A DNA stretch of 64,000 bases from Catajapyx aquilonaris (Eukaryota). This document shows, piece by piece, positions 26,201-40,500 of the stretch; positions within the stretch are counted from its first letter, which is position 1, and every line of letters starts with the position of its first letter. The position numbers and the translations under genes are program-made. The stretch lies in contig JYFJ02001113.1 of NCBI GenBank assembly GCA_000934665.2, positions 1 through 64,000 of the forward strand. Direction: 5' to 3'. The notes beneath the pieces were generated by a model that did not search any database, was not told the DNA's origin, and saw only the letters and a program-made list of their open reading frames with translations.

Positions 26201-29200
26201 TTTGTGTCCGTTTTTAAATGGGTGACGTAATGCATTGTATTTTAATTTAAGCTAGCATATCAATCTTGAAGATATAGCAGATACAGGATTAGTGAGGTGT
26301 GTTGTTTGCTCTCAGTCCCTCCTATTTTTCCTATAGATGGCCTTCTATTGGGCATTTAATTGATGTGGGAGGAACGCTGGATGTACACAGAATATCAATT
26401 CATTGTTATTACGTTGTGATTCGAGAGGTTTTCACATTAGGACGCGAGGCTTTGCTACGCAATTCGTATTCGTGGTAATTAGGTGAAGGGACTGTAGCCC
26501 CAACCGGGACAATAGAAGAATCTACATATAAAGTCAACTTCTGAATCACCCGCCGCGAGAACTGAGGGCGATTGGAAGCTCGAGAAGATGTCTTGCATAT
26601 ATGCCAATTTAATGGGTACCTTGTGTCAAATCCGTGACAACTTCGCGTCTTTCCCACATTCTAATCGCCCTCAGTTATCGCTGTGTGTGAAGGGGTTCAG
26701 ACGAGGCGGTGCGGTGGGTGGTCTCTGCCTTTACATCTAGGTTCGTGTATAAAAATTTGTTATAGGCTTAAGGGTAAGGGCCAGGTCTGCTGCAAAATTT
26801 CACCAAGAGCGATGACTCTTCGCGGAATGCACCGTATCCGATTCTGAAGAGGCCTCATGGTGTCCATATGTCATCGTTGACTCACTCTCCCGCCCTTTTT
26901 TTTATAGCTCTATTTATTGCACCGTGATTCATAGCGCGTGGGAGCTCGTCACATTCGTAGCAACAATGCCAATGACATGCCCCTGTACTAATCCAATGCC
27001 AGGTATGCAGATTATATACGAAATGGTGCACTGACCCACTCCAGCCCTCTCCAGTCCTAATGTAGTTATGGATTGCTCATTTCGTTATCCAGAAGCAACA
27101 ATGCTGACAAGTGAATTGTTGCACATTTGTGCCATTCCGTATATGGGGAGCATCCGAATCAATCCGCATTTCTTTGATCATTTGGGGCGGAGGGAGGACT
27201 TGTTATTCATTGCCGGGCATCCAGAGGCCGTGTAAGTAGGCGCAGTTAAGCAGCAGAGAACGAGAAATGTGCGTGTGCAGAGTGGAAAGTGTCCTCAGCG
27301 GTCGAGCAAGGCAAGCCCTCAAGTGTCCCGAAGGGAGATGGATGGTTATTTTAGTTGTCCAGGCATCCTCCCCTACCAGAAGCTGACTATGTGAGCGCGT
27401 AAATTTTGCGAAGGCTGAATCTCGCAAAAGTGCGGTGGCTTGTCCTTGCATGGAAAAAAGAGTTGGCGAAAAAAAAAAAAAGTAAAAGAAGTCCACCTGT
27501 GCTAGTGAAGTGGCCAATGGGGGCAGGTGGAAGGCGGGGTCAACAGCAGGTGGACGCCAACCACAAAGAGCTTGCCTTCCACTTGTGCCCCAACAGCGCC
27601 TCTTCTCTCTATGATGGAAAGTAGTTTTTCACCTAGAGTGAAAAAGCTGAGTCTATGCTTCTGGAGCTTCCGTACTGTGAGTAATTTTTTTTGTAGTTTT
27701 TTTTTGTGTGTAGGGGGTGGTTTGCTACTCACCTGCGTGATTCTCGTGGTTGATTCTTTTTGGGGTCTTTTTGGGGAGGATCGGCAGCTCCAGATCTCAT
27801 TAGGCTATCGTGACATCACGAGGGACCATAACTTCTCCATGGCGGCCTCTTTTTTAAAACCGAGGACCATTTTTTTTTGTAACTTTTTTTGGGGGTTCTT
27901 TCCCCCCTTTCCTATCCAACGCCTCTGTTCCACGTGACCATGAAGATCAGAGGGGCTGTTGTCGTGGACCCACGTAAAACAGGTGGTTTGGTTCTCACAA
28001 CTCATCGTCGTTGTCACGGGGCTACAGTTGGACTTCCGGGGTGAAAATCAATTCAACTTTTTGGACAGTTTGCGGAAATTGTGGCGAAAATAAAAGAGCT
28101 TGATACTTTGGGCATGAATTTGATTATGAACTTTAAAAAAAGGGCGTGATGGGCCTGCAAACGATGGTAACTGTAAAACAAAAAGGACTTGATGACCAGG
28201 GGATGACAGGACTTGTCGCACAGGTGTACCTGAGTTTGCACTGGAAGTCTCCAACTCTTATATTATTATTGCCGATGGAGTGTAAAGGCTGTAAAGTAGA
28301 AAGGCGAGTTCATTACTTTGTCCAAGGAGGAAAAGAAGATAGAAAAGAAATGTACTGAACGTGACTTTGTAGTAATTGGGTGTACAGGTCTTTTCCTTCT
28401 AGGAAAAATTCCGAGTAAAAACGGAAAGAAATGACCATTGGTTGACTGTCGCGTACTTTTTAAACTGGCCAGAATTTGACCATTATCCATCTGCTAAAGA
28501 GCTCGTGTATGTGAACTCATGGCTAATTTCCTCACCTGCACTAGTATTCTCAATCTTTTGGGGATGAAATTGGACAGGCATGCGGGCCTATTAAGGCAGG
28601 TGTCGGGATTTTCACAGTTATTGTTAATGGCGATAGTTTGTTGCACCTGTCACTGGCCGTGCTTCATTTCTCGCGATCAAGACATAAATATTCCGCTCCT
28701 GACTACTCCTTTTTTTTTGCTCAGTTTTTGCGTGAAAGCTGAAGCTGATTCTCAGCTGGACTGGTTAAATTCTGAGTAATTTTCTCAGGCATACCGGTAG
28801 GATTGTGGGAAAGATTCTCATGCATGCTTGCTTCCAGCAGGTCACAATCTTTCATCTTCCAACACCAGTGTGATAGTTGTCAACTCGAGCGTTATTGGTA
28901 ATTTGCAGGTCTTAGGTCAGGATAGGTCAAATTGTGGTTATTATGGAAGTATGAGGGGTTAAAAAATTAATAACTGCAACTTTGTAATTGCATACTTTCG
29001 CCATTGGGTTGCAACCGAGGAGGTGATAATGGGCTTCTGGTCAACAGGTTAGCCTTTCAACACTGCGTTCAGTTAGCAACCAGTTTTGGGATCGGGTCGG
29101 TGCAGTTTCCAGCACCGCTGAGAAAATATGTAAATTTTTACCGAATAATAGACTTCCAATTGGGAGGCAGCCTGAAACGGAAGGAATCTGGAGTAGTCTC

Positions 29201-29744
29201 TCATCAACCCTCATTCCTCAATGAGCTTGTGCGGACTATATTAGAATTTTTTTCAGTCCCTTTTATTGTGTGGCAGACTGTAACATTGTTGCCCAATTAA
29301 GATATGTTTCGGGAGAATGATTCGGGTTAATTTAAGGCCGTGATGATATGGCGTGTAGATGTAGTCAGTGAGTGACCTTCCAGATTCACCCATACTAAGG
29401 TGCATTTTGTGGCATTAGTGCAAATATTTTTTTGAATTAGCGTCTAGGTGACGTCAGGTGGCAAGCTGCCATATTCCGGGAGTATGTTGCCTTGTACATG
29501 TTGAACCCGCCAGAAATTGCTGGGCTGGAGAGCTTGAGGCCGTGAATCCCCCTTGCGAGAGAGGGTTGACTTTTTCCTGCTAGGCCAAGCTTGCCGTCTT
29601 GTACTCGGCGGATGAGAAGAGTTAGGAAGGAGCCGGAGGAATCGTCTCACAGAATTTTTCAATTGGGTCCAGTGCTCTGGGCCTCCGAACCAGTTCTTGT
29701 AACGGGAAAGCACGTCCAGAGAGCGCCTCTCTTTCTCCAGCTAG

Positions 29745-29767
29745 CTCTCTCTCTCTCTCTCTCTCTC
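29745..29767. repeat. (CT)n/GAGA tract
   Basis: Visible dinucleotide run ~155 bp upstream of the candidate alternative exon at 29922. Confidence 0.9.
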
Positions 29768-29921
29768 CTGCTGGAGGCCAGTTTTTCGAGATTCCAATTT
29801 TATCGGGCGGTTGCTAGCTGCCTCGCCCGCGATGGATTGATCTGCCCAAATCCTTCCCTGGCTCATTGTTTTCTACTTGCCCTCCTCCCATACAATCAGG
29901 GATTATCATGTTGTGTACCGT

Positions 29922-29991
29922 ATGCATTGTTGTGAGACACCTTCTCTTCCTTCCTCAGCAGGCGGAGCCTTTTGGTGTACACGCCCCGAAG
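29922..29991 (+). CDS. Candidate alternative first coding exon (MHCCETPSLPSSAGGAFWCTRPE+G) splicing to exon 4
   Basis: ATG at 29922, then 23 codons + 1 nt to donor AAG|GTACGA. Phase 1 matches the acceptor at 30789. Preceded by a (CT)n GAGA-type tract. Confidence 0.45.
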
Positions 29992-30788
29992 GTACGACAC
30001 TGTCGTGCATTGGCGTCGAAAAGTATTGTCATTTTGCGTATCCAGCTTTTTTCAGACTTTTAGCAGGCCTATTTGAAAGTATATATAGCGCAAAATATTT
30101 ATTTTTTCGAAGAACAGATTTGGCACCTGTTTGATGCACTGCCAGGTCCCTATAGTTCAGGAGGGGTTAGAGAACAAGTTATGGATTGTTTATCTCAGCA
30201 ACCAGTTTCGAGAAAAGAAGCTGTTGAAATGGTTCCATTCAATCATCTGCCGTCAGGTTGCTCCTTATTAAACTGGTTACTTGGATAGGCAATCCATAAC
30301 TTTTCACTTGTCCCCTGCTCTATATTGAGGGACATGGGTAGTGAACCATCATGTGCTAATATCAGGTAGCTCTTTGCAAATGGACAATGAAACTAGAGGG
30401 AACATTGTGCATTTTGCTGATTATTAACTTCTGCACTTATCCCATTTGCATCAATAATTAATTATTGAATATGCACATTAGTAATGCCTGTATGTAGTCA
30501 TACAACAATCTGTTACTTAAACATTTACTGTGACAGCCGAGGTGCACATATGAGAATGGATAAATCTCGTAATCCCACGTGCGCCATATTTCGAGACATC
30601 CTGAGAAAAATTGCTCCCAAGTTGAGTACAGGTGCGCACTAAAAGTCTGAAATCCTCTCAAGCTGGATACGAGTCAGTTTTTGAGCGCCAATGCTGTAAA
30701 GTCAAGTCTCGCCATCCAGTGGTGGGATCCATGTGCTGGGTGAGGCGTCTACAACCATCGTCCTGACCACCTTGCAATTGTCTTGCAG

Positions 30789-31048
30789 GCAACAGCCTTG
30801 AAGAAGGGCGCATGGAATCGGGGCACCAAAGTATGCCCCCTTCCTTGTACAGCGCGCCTCGGTCCAACAGCAGTAGTTCCTCTTCTCCGCCCGTGGCCAC
30901 CTCGGCGGCTCCTTCGGGGAGCATGCTAGTGGTGCCGCAGCCCATCAACGCCGCCAAAGTGTCCCCCGGAGGCCCAGGCAGTCTCTCGCATCAACCGCCT
31001 TCAGCCAACGGCACCGGCAGAAAGTACCAGTGCAAGATGTGCCCTCAG
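30789..31048 (+). CDS. rn: rotund-like TF, coding exon 4 (Ser/Pro-rich; ends with the N-half of zinc finger 1, GTGRKYQCKMCPQ)
   Basis: Acceptor ttgtcttgcag| (phase 1) and donor CAG|GTAGGA (phase 0). YQCKMCPQ joined to IFGSKADLQLHTQIH of the last exon gives a perfect C-X2-C-X12-H-X3-H finger. Confidence 0.92.
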
Positions 31049-34000
31049 GTAGGAGACAAGGTCCTTCCTCAACTTCTGTCATGCATGTCCTTCTTTTTTA
31101 TATATATATCTTCTTCTTGTGGCCTGCATGCGTGGTGTGGACTATATAGAGTGACCGCATGGTTTCGCACGGACAATTATTGGTCGGAGGGTGTAATCCA
31201 GTGGTGATTTTAGGCTTCTGTTGGCAGCCCGCAGGTAGAGAACACCTGTAATTAATCTTGCCTGACGGTTTCCCCTCGGAGGGATTCTTGCTCATGACCC
31301 GTGTCAGATTTTCTTCCGCGCTTCTTCGCCGCTGCGGGGCCAAATCGCACATTTTCAAGGGTTCGCGCCATGATTTATCACCACCTGAAAAAAAAGCCGC
31401 ATCTTAGTGAGAGCGAAAAAGAAAAGAAAAGCCGAGAATGAGTTGGAATGGCAAAAATATTTATCTCCACATTCGCTCTCTACATAGCATGGAAAAAAAC
31501 GGGCTGATTACTAGTCCAGACGACTTCTTGCGAATATGGACAACGCTCAGGTAAGTTCGGAGCATGGCGAAACTGTACGACCGACAGGAAAAAAAATTGA
31601 TTCAGAGTTTGGATCTGTTGGCGAAACGCTTGCTGTGCAGCGGCAGTCGAGAGGAAGCTGGGTGATACTTCCTTATTGCCGTGTGATGGACCCGTTCTAA
31701 ATTGCACATTTATGGCATTACATGCAGGCAGGGTGTAATCCGGGAGATGAATGCCGGCCTGATGATGAACTGAACAGGGTGTTGCAGGCTTTGCACATAT
31801 ATCGAGAGCAGGAAAAGACGTCTATCTGTTGATGGGATGGGAACAAAAAAAAAAACAAAATCTACCGAATCTGCAAGATGTGAAGGGAGAGGGAGAGCTG
31901 GCCGGACATTAATGATGATGATGACCCGGTGTCTGAGAGGGGTGGACATCAAGAAAAGGAGGGCGGAAGACAATTTGTATGGGGGCCGAAGNTCACTTTT
32001 TCATGGCGTTAAGGAGAAGGAAGAGAAGGAAGTCTCCCCTGGATCTGCCACTGAGCGAAATGAGCAGAGCGTTACGTGATGGATGGTCGTTTCCATAGCG
32101 ACAGACTGCAGTTCCAAAAAAGCTGTCGCGGCTGGGAGCTGCGTAGGAGTCGGGGTGGGTGGGTGGGGGATATATGATGTGAGGGGGGGTCACACGCACA
32201 CATGCACGTTCACATACGCTGGCGCCGGGTCCTCCCTTTGATTGCGGTTTCGCTTTGATTGGAGTTCGCTTTGGCGGAGATTTGGACCTCAGATGGTCAG
32301 ATCAGGGTGACGGTGCCGACAAGCTTCATTGATTCCTACTCTCATTTTGACGGAGGATTTTTTTTTTAAGCAGGGCTGATGATCACTGTACAGGGTGTTG
32401 GAAAGGCAAGGTTGCTCTGGGGGATGCGTACCTGCCAGGATATTTCACACCCTGCCTTTTGCAATACCGTATCTGTCCTGTACAACGAGGTGTCAGAGAG
32501 CAAGTGACATTTCTATATGAACGACTCATGTGGTCTCCAGTAGTTTTTTTCCCCAGTGTGTTATCGGTGTTGTTGCGGAACACCCTGTATCTGGAAATTG
32601 CCTAGCTGCGTACAGATGCAGGTCTGGCGGTTGGGGTTCACTGCCATGTCTTTCCCAATCATCGCTTGCCCACATCGTTGACCTCTTGCGGCGCTATAGC
32701 GTAAAAGAGATTATATGCCCAGATTTTACTGGTAAATTGGAATTGACGTCAGGTTAGGAAAAATCTGATTAGGGCTTGAAGAAAATCAGGACACATCCTG
32801 TTTCCAAGTCGCGTATAATTAATAATTACGAGTAATAAAGCATGGCCACGCACATTTGACCAAGACGCCCAGCAGCCAGCGATTAATGAATGTGCGGGAC
32901 GTGTCGGAGCGATTTTCGCCGATGGGGAATTTGACCTTGCGGAGGTGCGATTTTTTTTTCTCCCGCCATTTAGTGGCACTTTGCAGTACACAAAGGCCAT
33001 TTAGCGAAGATGTATAGTGCATCTGATAAGTGGTTATTGGTCAGCCCATTAGCATTATGGGTTTTGTTTTACCTGACAAGCCGCTAGTCGAGTGTAACTG
33101 CTGAGAGAGATTAGAAAGGAATTTCTCTCGAACGGATCCTACTCCAGTTTCGCACTGCTCTACGAGATAAATAGAGCAAAGTCTGGCTATCGATCTGGCC
33201 AACAGTGATTGTTGCAGCCTTTTTGTCACATAAATTGTTCCGGATGCATTGCTGGCCAGACCTCAGCAGTTAATGGGGGGGATGTGCAGCACTCGAAGCG
33301 GATAAAGCCCGAGTTTGTCTGGCACAGTAGACTAATAGCCAAGTCCCTGCCTTGTCAACCGGAAACTGCTCTTCCCTTACGGTAAAAAAAAAATGCTTCT
33401 GAAAACCAGGTCTTTTCGAAAAAATTTACGCGGATTTTCCCTAAATTGCAGTGCTGAGTTATCAATGGTTGGGTAGCAACCTACGGGGCTCGCGTGTGTG
33501 GATGGTTGCGAACGTACCAGGATGCGAACTCCGGTATTGTTTGGTGGGAGAGCTGGAGGATTAAAGTGCGCCATGCGGATGTTTCTGGCAGCAGTTGCCG
33601 TCTTCTTCAGCCGGCTGTCAAGTATCACTCGGGTTGTTTTAATTCGCGCTGGTGCAGTGGGGGCCAAACCCCCGAAAAAACTAGAGGGGGGGGGGGTGGG
33701 CAGGGAAGGGTTGACGGATCGCAGGGCTTGCCCTCGATGACCCCTACTTCCTGTGGCCTCTGCTAACTGGCTCAGGGCTCCTCCTACAGCCAGCAAAACC
33801 ATTGCAAGCCTGCTGGCCTGGCTGGCTGAAGGAAAAACCTGCCCTTGTTGCCACTTGTGCCGCGGGTTTTATCAGTGATGTCATGGAGAGGGCGCATCCG
33901 GCCAACAATTTGGGTCCAGTCACGTCCATTACGGGTTGGGTCTCCCCTAGAAAATAATGGTAGTTTTTGGAACCCTCTCTAGTTGGGGCTTGGTGCCTTC

Positions 34001-37000
34001 TTCCATCCCCGTAGGCCTCTCCGATTGAGGTTTCAAGGTCGGCTGGATCTCGTCCACTCCCTCATTGTGTATTGGCCAACTAAGAAACACCTGGACCGGG
34101 GGACCCATAGCCTCTCTCTCTCCTGGTCCTCCCCACCTCCCCAAAACGCCCCGTGCATCCGAAATAGGCACCTCTCTTCGGGGTCCAGCATCAGTGCTCG
34201 ACCTTGGGGAAACTCACCTCTTGCTGCCGAGTCATTCTGGTGGGAAACCGTGAGCCTCCGGGGGCTCCTGCATGCAACTTTGGTCTCAAGGCCGCCGTAA
34301 TTTCCAGCATCTTTCAAAGGGGTTCCGACTTGATTTTTCTCTGGGCTCCTACCTGCGCATACGTGCCTACCCGAATGTGTTCGTTTTCCCAGCTTGATTT
34401 GTGGAAGATCCAGTTCGTTAGCGGATGATATGATCTCTCTTACCTTCTCTCTGCCTGCCTCTCTCTGGCAACTTTGAAAATCCAGTCGACCTCCACAAGG
34501 TTTTAGCCTGGTAATTTCTGGCGCTGTTGCAATGGACCCGGTTCCTCCGCAGGAAACTCTTTTGTGTAACAGATTGGGATCTTCAATGCCGAGTGTGTAA
34601 CGTTGTAATACATCTGATTTGACCCTTGACCTCCTGTAGGTATGCTGATGGAAAATGGCCACCATTTGCTGCATGGGTCGGTGGCAGGCAGAAGCTAACT
34701 GTACCTAATTATGATCCGAGCGCGCGTAACACCAACTGAAAGCTTTAAACCAACATAAATCAAATTAGTGGCACGTATGAACCGTAAAATTACCAAGGTG
34801 CTCAGGCGAGACCTGTTCCTCCTGTATGGAGACGTGTCTTTTTGCCCGATTATGGAGAAAATAGCCCATAGTGTCGTATTTGAATGCACATAATTATACA
34901 ATGCAATTACCGACAAGGATACACAGACTACCCGTAAATTTTTGATAAAAAGCGCGTTATCTTCGGCAGAACATGATCACCTATTGTATACATAAGACTC
35001 ATCATTTTTTTTAATGTTCTTGATCGCAACCGGAACGGAAACAATGGTCAGTGAAGCAATAGGGTGCGTGGGAGCCTCCAAAAAAAATACTCATCGAAAA
35101 CGCCGGTTTTCGGTAGCACATACCAGCGGTCATACCGGGGGCCTTACATGATGAAGAAGGTCTCCTTTCTCGCGGCTTAATTATCCCCGGGTTTTCCGTT
35201 GGGCTTGTCATTTAAGGGGGGGAGTAGGTCCTCCTCGAATATTAAACTACCTTCATACCTCATAACTCATTACAGTGTGCGCAAAATTACTTTGGAGGGA
35301 GAAGGCAAAAGTGGATCCGTTGTTTGGAATTAGGGAGCTGTATCTTGATGTATGATCACCGACGCGTTAAATTATGGGGATTCACGTGACCGCCCAAAGC
35401 TCTGCGTGTCGCTCACTCCAGCTGTGTGGTGCTGCAGCTTCTGTTGGCGGCGCTGCTTTTTTGCGCACCTTCTTGCTGGAATATGCTGGAAAAAAAGGGG
35501 GGGAACCTCGCCGCTGGATCGTAATTCAGTCTTTTGACATATTGCATCATTACGCGGTTTTTTTATAGGAGGCATGTGGAGGTCCGACGTAAAATTCATT
35601 TTTAGCATGTGGATATGGTGACACTATTATAGAAAAGCGGACCGATAGGATTGGCAACCATTGCCAATCGTTGTCGCGTTCTTTATGCTCGGTGTGCCAT
35701 GACGCCCAGGCTTAATGCTTTTCTTATGGGGTACTGCTCACCCCTCGTACCGGACTTAATCGAGTGGTCTAGTGACAGGAAGTCAAGTTGACAAAATGGC
35801 GGAAATTAAGTGTCGCCTCTCCGATGCTAGCCTAGGTTGTAACAAAAAAAAAGGAGTGTGAATAATCGGGGTGGAAAAGGAGGCCCCCGGTTGGCGCAAT
35901 GCAATCGCACATTTATCACTGGCGGTAATTACACGGTGCTCCGGGATCACAAAGGGTACCACACGTAACCTGCATTACATGCGAATTGTGGAAATTGGCT
36001 CTGGAGCTGCCCGGCTCTTGTGGTCAATTTTTCTTGGAAAAATGGTGGCCCTCTCAAGGTCGAAGGCACCTCCACCAACTTGTTTTTCGGCCAGTTCCGC
36101 CGAATGCCATCACGCCCAATAGACCGAGAAGCGTCTTAACTTAGTACATCTCTGTGGCTCGCAACGTCTACTGTTTGTAACGCAGAACACATACCCCGTC
36201 AAACAATGTCGTCGTGATTAAAACGTAACATACCTGCTTGTTCGGCCGGTAGCAACTCGGCGAAACGGCCACCCCGAAATTTTTACCGGCCCGCCAAGAA
36301 TGTGGCAGACCGGTTTTTCCCGTGACATTGACACAGATGAGAACTTGACTGAAGTGCATCATTGTTACGTAAAAATCTGACTGGGGGGTGGGTGTTGCGA
36401 GATGTGTAGTCACCAGGAGATATGAGTTTAGATCCAGCTACAGGTGCGCACGTGATTCCCTCAGGGTGTGGGAAGTCCCGAGAAAAATCAAGTGACGTAA
36501 GTGCGCACACCGTATGTTAATCCAAAGCTGGAATATTACGGACAGAGCGCGGGGAAAAAAAAGCTTCATTCATCAGTTTTTTTTTTGTCCGGTAGTATAA
36601 TAGGGACCCCCCCCCCCCCCCTTTTTTTTTGGAGGGACGGGTATAGGTTTGACATTGGATCAACAAACATTCCACGGGATGTTTTTTTGTGAAGGGTAAA
36701 AGTAAAGGGGAGCGGTGTAAAAATTGCAAGGGGGTGGGGGTGGGGTAGGGTGAAAGTAATAAAAGGTACGGAGAGAGGGAGGGTGTGGAAGAGTTGCGGC
36801 GCGGGTTTGGAAGAACCGCACGAAGTTGGTTAGGAGCTGCTGCTGGTTCGGATGGAAAAAGGAGAAAAGCCGCGGGCTGCTGCGGTGCGGTCAGCGGCTG
36901 CCGTCGGCGCCATCTGAATTTTTTAAACTCTGGCCCTCTCCTATAGGGGAGGGGGTCCATGAGATAGTTGCAGCCGTTCTCTCATCCACAAGCCGAATTC

Positions 37001-37436
37001 TTCACCGTGCACTATTTAAACAAGGAGTCGATATGTAATAAAAAATACGTACGAATTTATAATATTTACATACACAACGGTTGATTGACGTGGTGGTATG
37101 GTCCGCATGCATGTAAGCCAGCTTCAGCTTGTTTTTGATTGAAAGTGACCCTGAACATAAGAAGAAAACATTGCTTATAGGGCGGGTGGCAACGAGGATC
37201 GAATCCAAGAGCAGTACTTATGCGTACTTGTCCGGCCCAAATATGGCTTGCGGCTACAGAATATTCGCACACTATTATTATGACAGTTGTGATGCATAGA
37301 AGCCTAGTTGCTATTCACGGAATCACTCTAACATGATTGTTATTTTATTTATTGTGCTAATTTTGCTGTGTATAATTTTGTGGGCAAGGTTTTTAAGAAC
37401 TGTCACATAATTCGTAGGAGAACAAACTCTGAGAAG

Positions 37437-37505
37437 GAGAGCCGGATCTGGGGATCGAACCCGGATCTTTCTCTATGTCGTACTTTAGCTTTTCTGGTCC
37501 ACTCC
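37437..37505 (-). mobile_element. Possible degenerate tRNA-derived SINE head
   Basis: The minus strand reads ...GATCCGGGTTCGATCCCCAGATCCGGC, a good B-box/T-arm. The A-box is poor and I saw no tail. Confidence 0.25.
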
Positions 37506-40500
37506 AATTTCCTGGAAGGATATACTTTTCCAGAGACAGATGGCTATGTCCCATGTGTTTAAACGCGGCTCTTGAACACCGCTTAAATTTTTTTGGGCGT
37601 AAAGAGTAAGCGCAGGAATGAATGGAGGGAACCCTGAAAACTGGACGGGAAAGGTGTACTGTACACCGGGGGAGATATCGAGCCCCTGCAGGTTGGTGTG
37701 GGAAAGTTGCATTTGTTTCAAGGCGTGATCGATACACACAGGAGAAAGAAGGGAGGGGGAAAAAAAGAGGTGGTGGGTCGCATTAACGTGTTGGAATTCC
37801 GGTGACTGTCGCTGAAGTTTGGAAGCTCCGGGGATTTTACAAATGAGAGGAGAGGCAGGGGAGCGATTCTTGCTTAAAATTCACGGAGAAGTGCTGGTAT
37901 TTAAATTTAAACCGGACATGGCTCAATTACACGCTCCGGTAGAGTAGGTCCTCCCAAGATGGCCGCTGTTGACAAAACCAAATGATGTGTGGACCCCACC
38001 GGAATCGACAAAACGGGGTCATTTCTTCCCGTAACCTTGAGCGCAGCTTGTTATTATGTGGGTGATGATTGAACCACCACAACAAATATTTTTTTGGTGG
38101 GGAATATTTGAAAGCGAAATCCTCATAATGAGATTGAAGCGAAGTTCCTGGTGGCGCCAACGGGAAATCTCTTTGGGAAGCCTTTCCCATTGCTGGAAGC
38201 GAAAATAAATAAAATCGTTTCCCAGGGATCCAGCTTGTCGCGGCGGCAGGGGGGGCACACCGGGTGGATTTTCCTTGGCACGTGCCCCACCCCCTCAATA
38301 AAAAAGGGGGCCAAATTTTTTTTCCGGGGGGGCAAGGAATTTTCTTGGGTGCTGCGAGGGCGGTCTTATTGAAAGAAATTAAATCGTGTTTGTTTTTATT
38401 TCTGCCCGCCAGCTACCTATATTGTGGGAATGGGTAGCACCTGTTGTTTCCAATTTTTTGTTGTTGTTGTCTAAACGCGAGTCAATATTTGCACGTTGTA
38501 GTCTGGGCCGACGCATCCATTTGAATGCTCTAATTTCAACTTGACGAGACTTGTGATCAACAACCCAGCTGTATGGTAATGTGGTTGTGCAGCTGGGGAA
38601 TTTATTCGCAAAGCAAGTGTCTGTGCTACTGATTCAGACCTGAAAGCAATGTTTTAAACATTTGTTTAGGACAGCCGGAATGAGGTGATATGGACGTTTG
38701 ATAGTCGCACGCCCTACTTTCGTCTAACTGTCGGCTCGGGGTACTTCCCTGTAATCGAAGAAAAGCAAGTCAGGTTTTACTTTCAGATACGGATAAATTA
38801 TACATCGCATTAAAAACACTGGGTCAATCCTGCTTCTGTAAGTTCAGCACGTGTGAATCCAGACACTGCCAGTACAAACAGGACACAAGTTTGTACGCAC
38901 TGAATTCAGACATTCAAATTAATTTAACAAACTTGCCAGCTGAGTATAGGACGAATATTGCATTTGCTATATGCAAATGTGTGTCTGTCCGATATCGACG
39001 CAAAGTGCTCCATAACCGTCAGGATAGAGACGGAGAGGCATATGGTGCGTGTCAAGGTCATCGCTCCGGCGTCGCCCAATTCGGGGGTGGGGTGGAGGGG
39101 GGTGTTGGCAACCCTGTCCTTTTCTCCCCATTTTCTTCTCTCCCGGTGCCGGATTGTTTGCAAAGGAGATTTTTGGGCGACATCCACTCCCCACCCCCGG
39201 GTGTGGAAATGGTGCACATTGAGGAAGAGCAAGGGTCGGTCGGATAGGAATCAGAAGGGGGGGTATATGTGTGTGTGTCTGCCTGCCTGCCCTAGAGGGG
39301 TGGAGGGGGGTCCTTTTTGGCCGGGGAAGCTTGGCTGCCCTGTCCCATCCACTTGTTGCACCCAAATTATTCAATCGGCGGGGCAGAGTGAGGGAATGGG
39401 GGCCTCGCAGTGTGCCATTGTGCGCCGCGGCTCTCCCCCGAGTTCTAAAATTACCGGCGCTCCTCGTTCCCACAGACCTTGCATCTGTCGGCGGCGCCAT
39501 GTTGCCGGATCGACCCAAACCTACCACCTCTACCAGAATGAACAAACCTTCCAGCTCGCTTTTTGGATCCATCCAGCTGCCATATATACCCCTCTCTCAT
39601 ACTTGGTCATCCGCGAGCAGCCTCTGGACCATTAAGAAAGAAGGGGGTCTGCACAAGTCATCACTGGCGTATCTGTTCTGTGTCTGCTCTCGCACTTTCA
39701 TTGCACACTGCGAGCCCTTTATGGTCGAGTTCAGAGAACTCGAGTGCGAGAGATATGTGAACATGTGCTGGGGAGGTCGAGGGGTCATTTTGCTAGGTTG
39801 CCTCCTTCACATATTGATGCGAAGGTTGAATATTTAGGCGTGTAAAAATTTGCTCCTCATTGGATCTGGATTTAAATGAACCGCATGGTGTGTGGCTGCA
39901 GGCTCTATTAACGTGTAGCAGTTTTCCCATTTACGATCGACCGCTTGGATTCCATGGTGCATTTGCCCCGGCTACTGTATATTCGATGCCCCGCCGATTG
40001 CGTCTGCCGAACTACCCATGCGATTGTTATTAGGCGCAGAAAACATAGACCTGCACGTTATGTAGAAATTGTCGGCTTCCGGTTTTTGAAGCAGGAGTAA
40101 GGCGGGGAAATTGAAGGGGGGGGGGGGGGGANATTCACCATCTGTTTCCACACAATGGGAACATTGTAACTTATGCTTGTTTTCATCCGGCTGCATTTGT
40201 ACAAAACTTCCCCCTATTTTTTTTTCACCCTGCTCCAACAGTTTCGGTTCTTTGAAAATTTCAACAGTATATGGCCACATTGTGATGTCGGCAACAGGGA
40301 TTCCATTTATTTTTTAAGTTTGCCGCGTTTTTTTTTCTAAATAATTCGGGGGTGGAGCAAAAGGTCGAATAATGCACACCGTGAGAGTAGCCCACGTTTG
40401 CTCTCTCTCCTGTTTAATAAATGCTGCCTTTTGTTTCCCAATGTTGCAATATTAGCACGGGAAGCTGGTGGGCCAGGAGAGGAAGAGGGGGGGTGCAATT

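Noticed and set aside
38891..39837. Overlapping 188-225-aa ORFs on both strands
   Set aside because: No recognisable domain or codon bias and no convincing splice-site pair; GC-rich intronic DNA.
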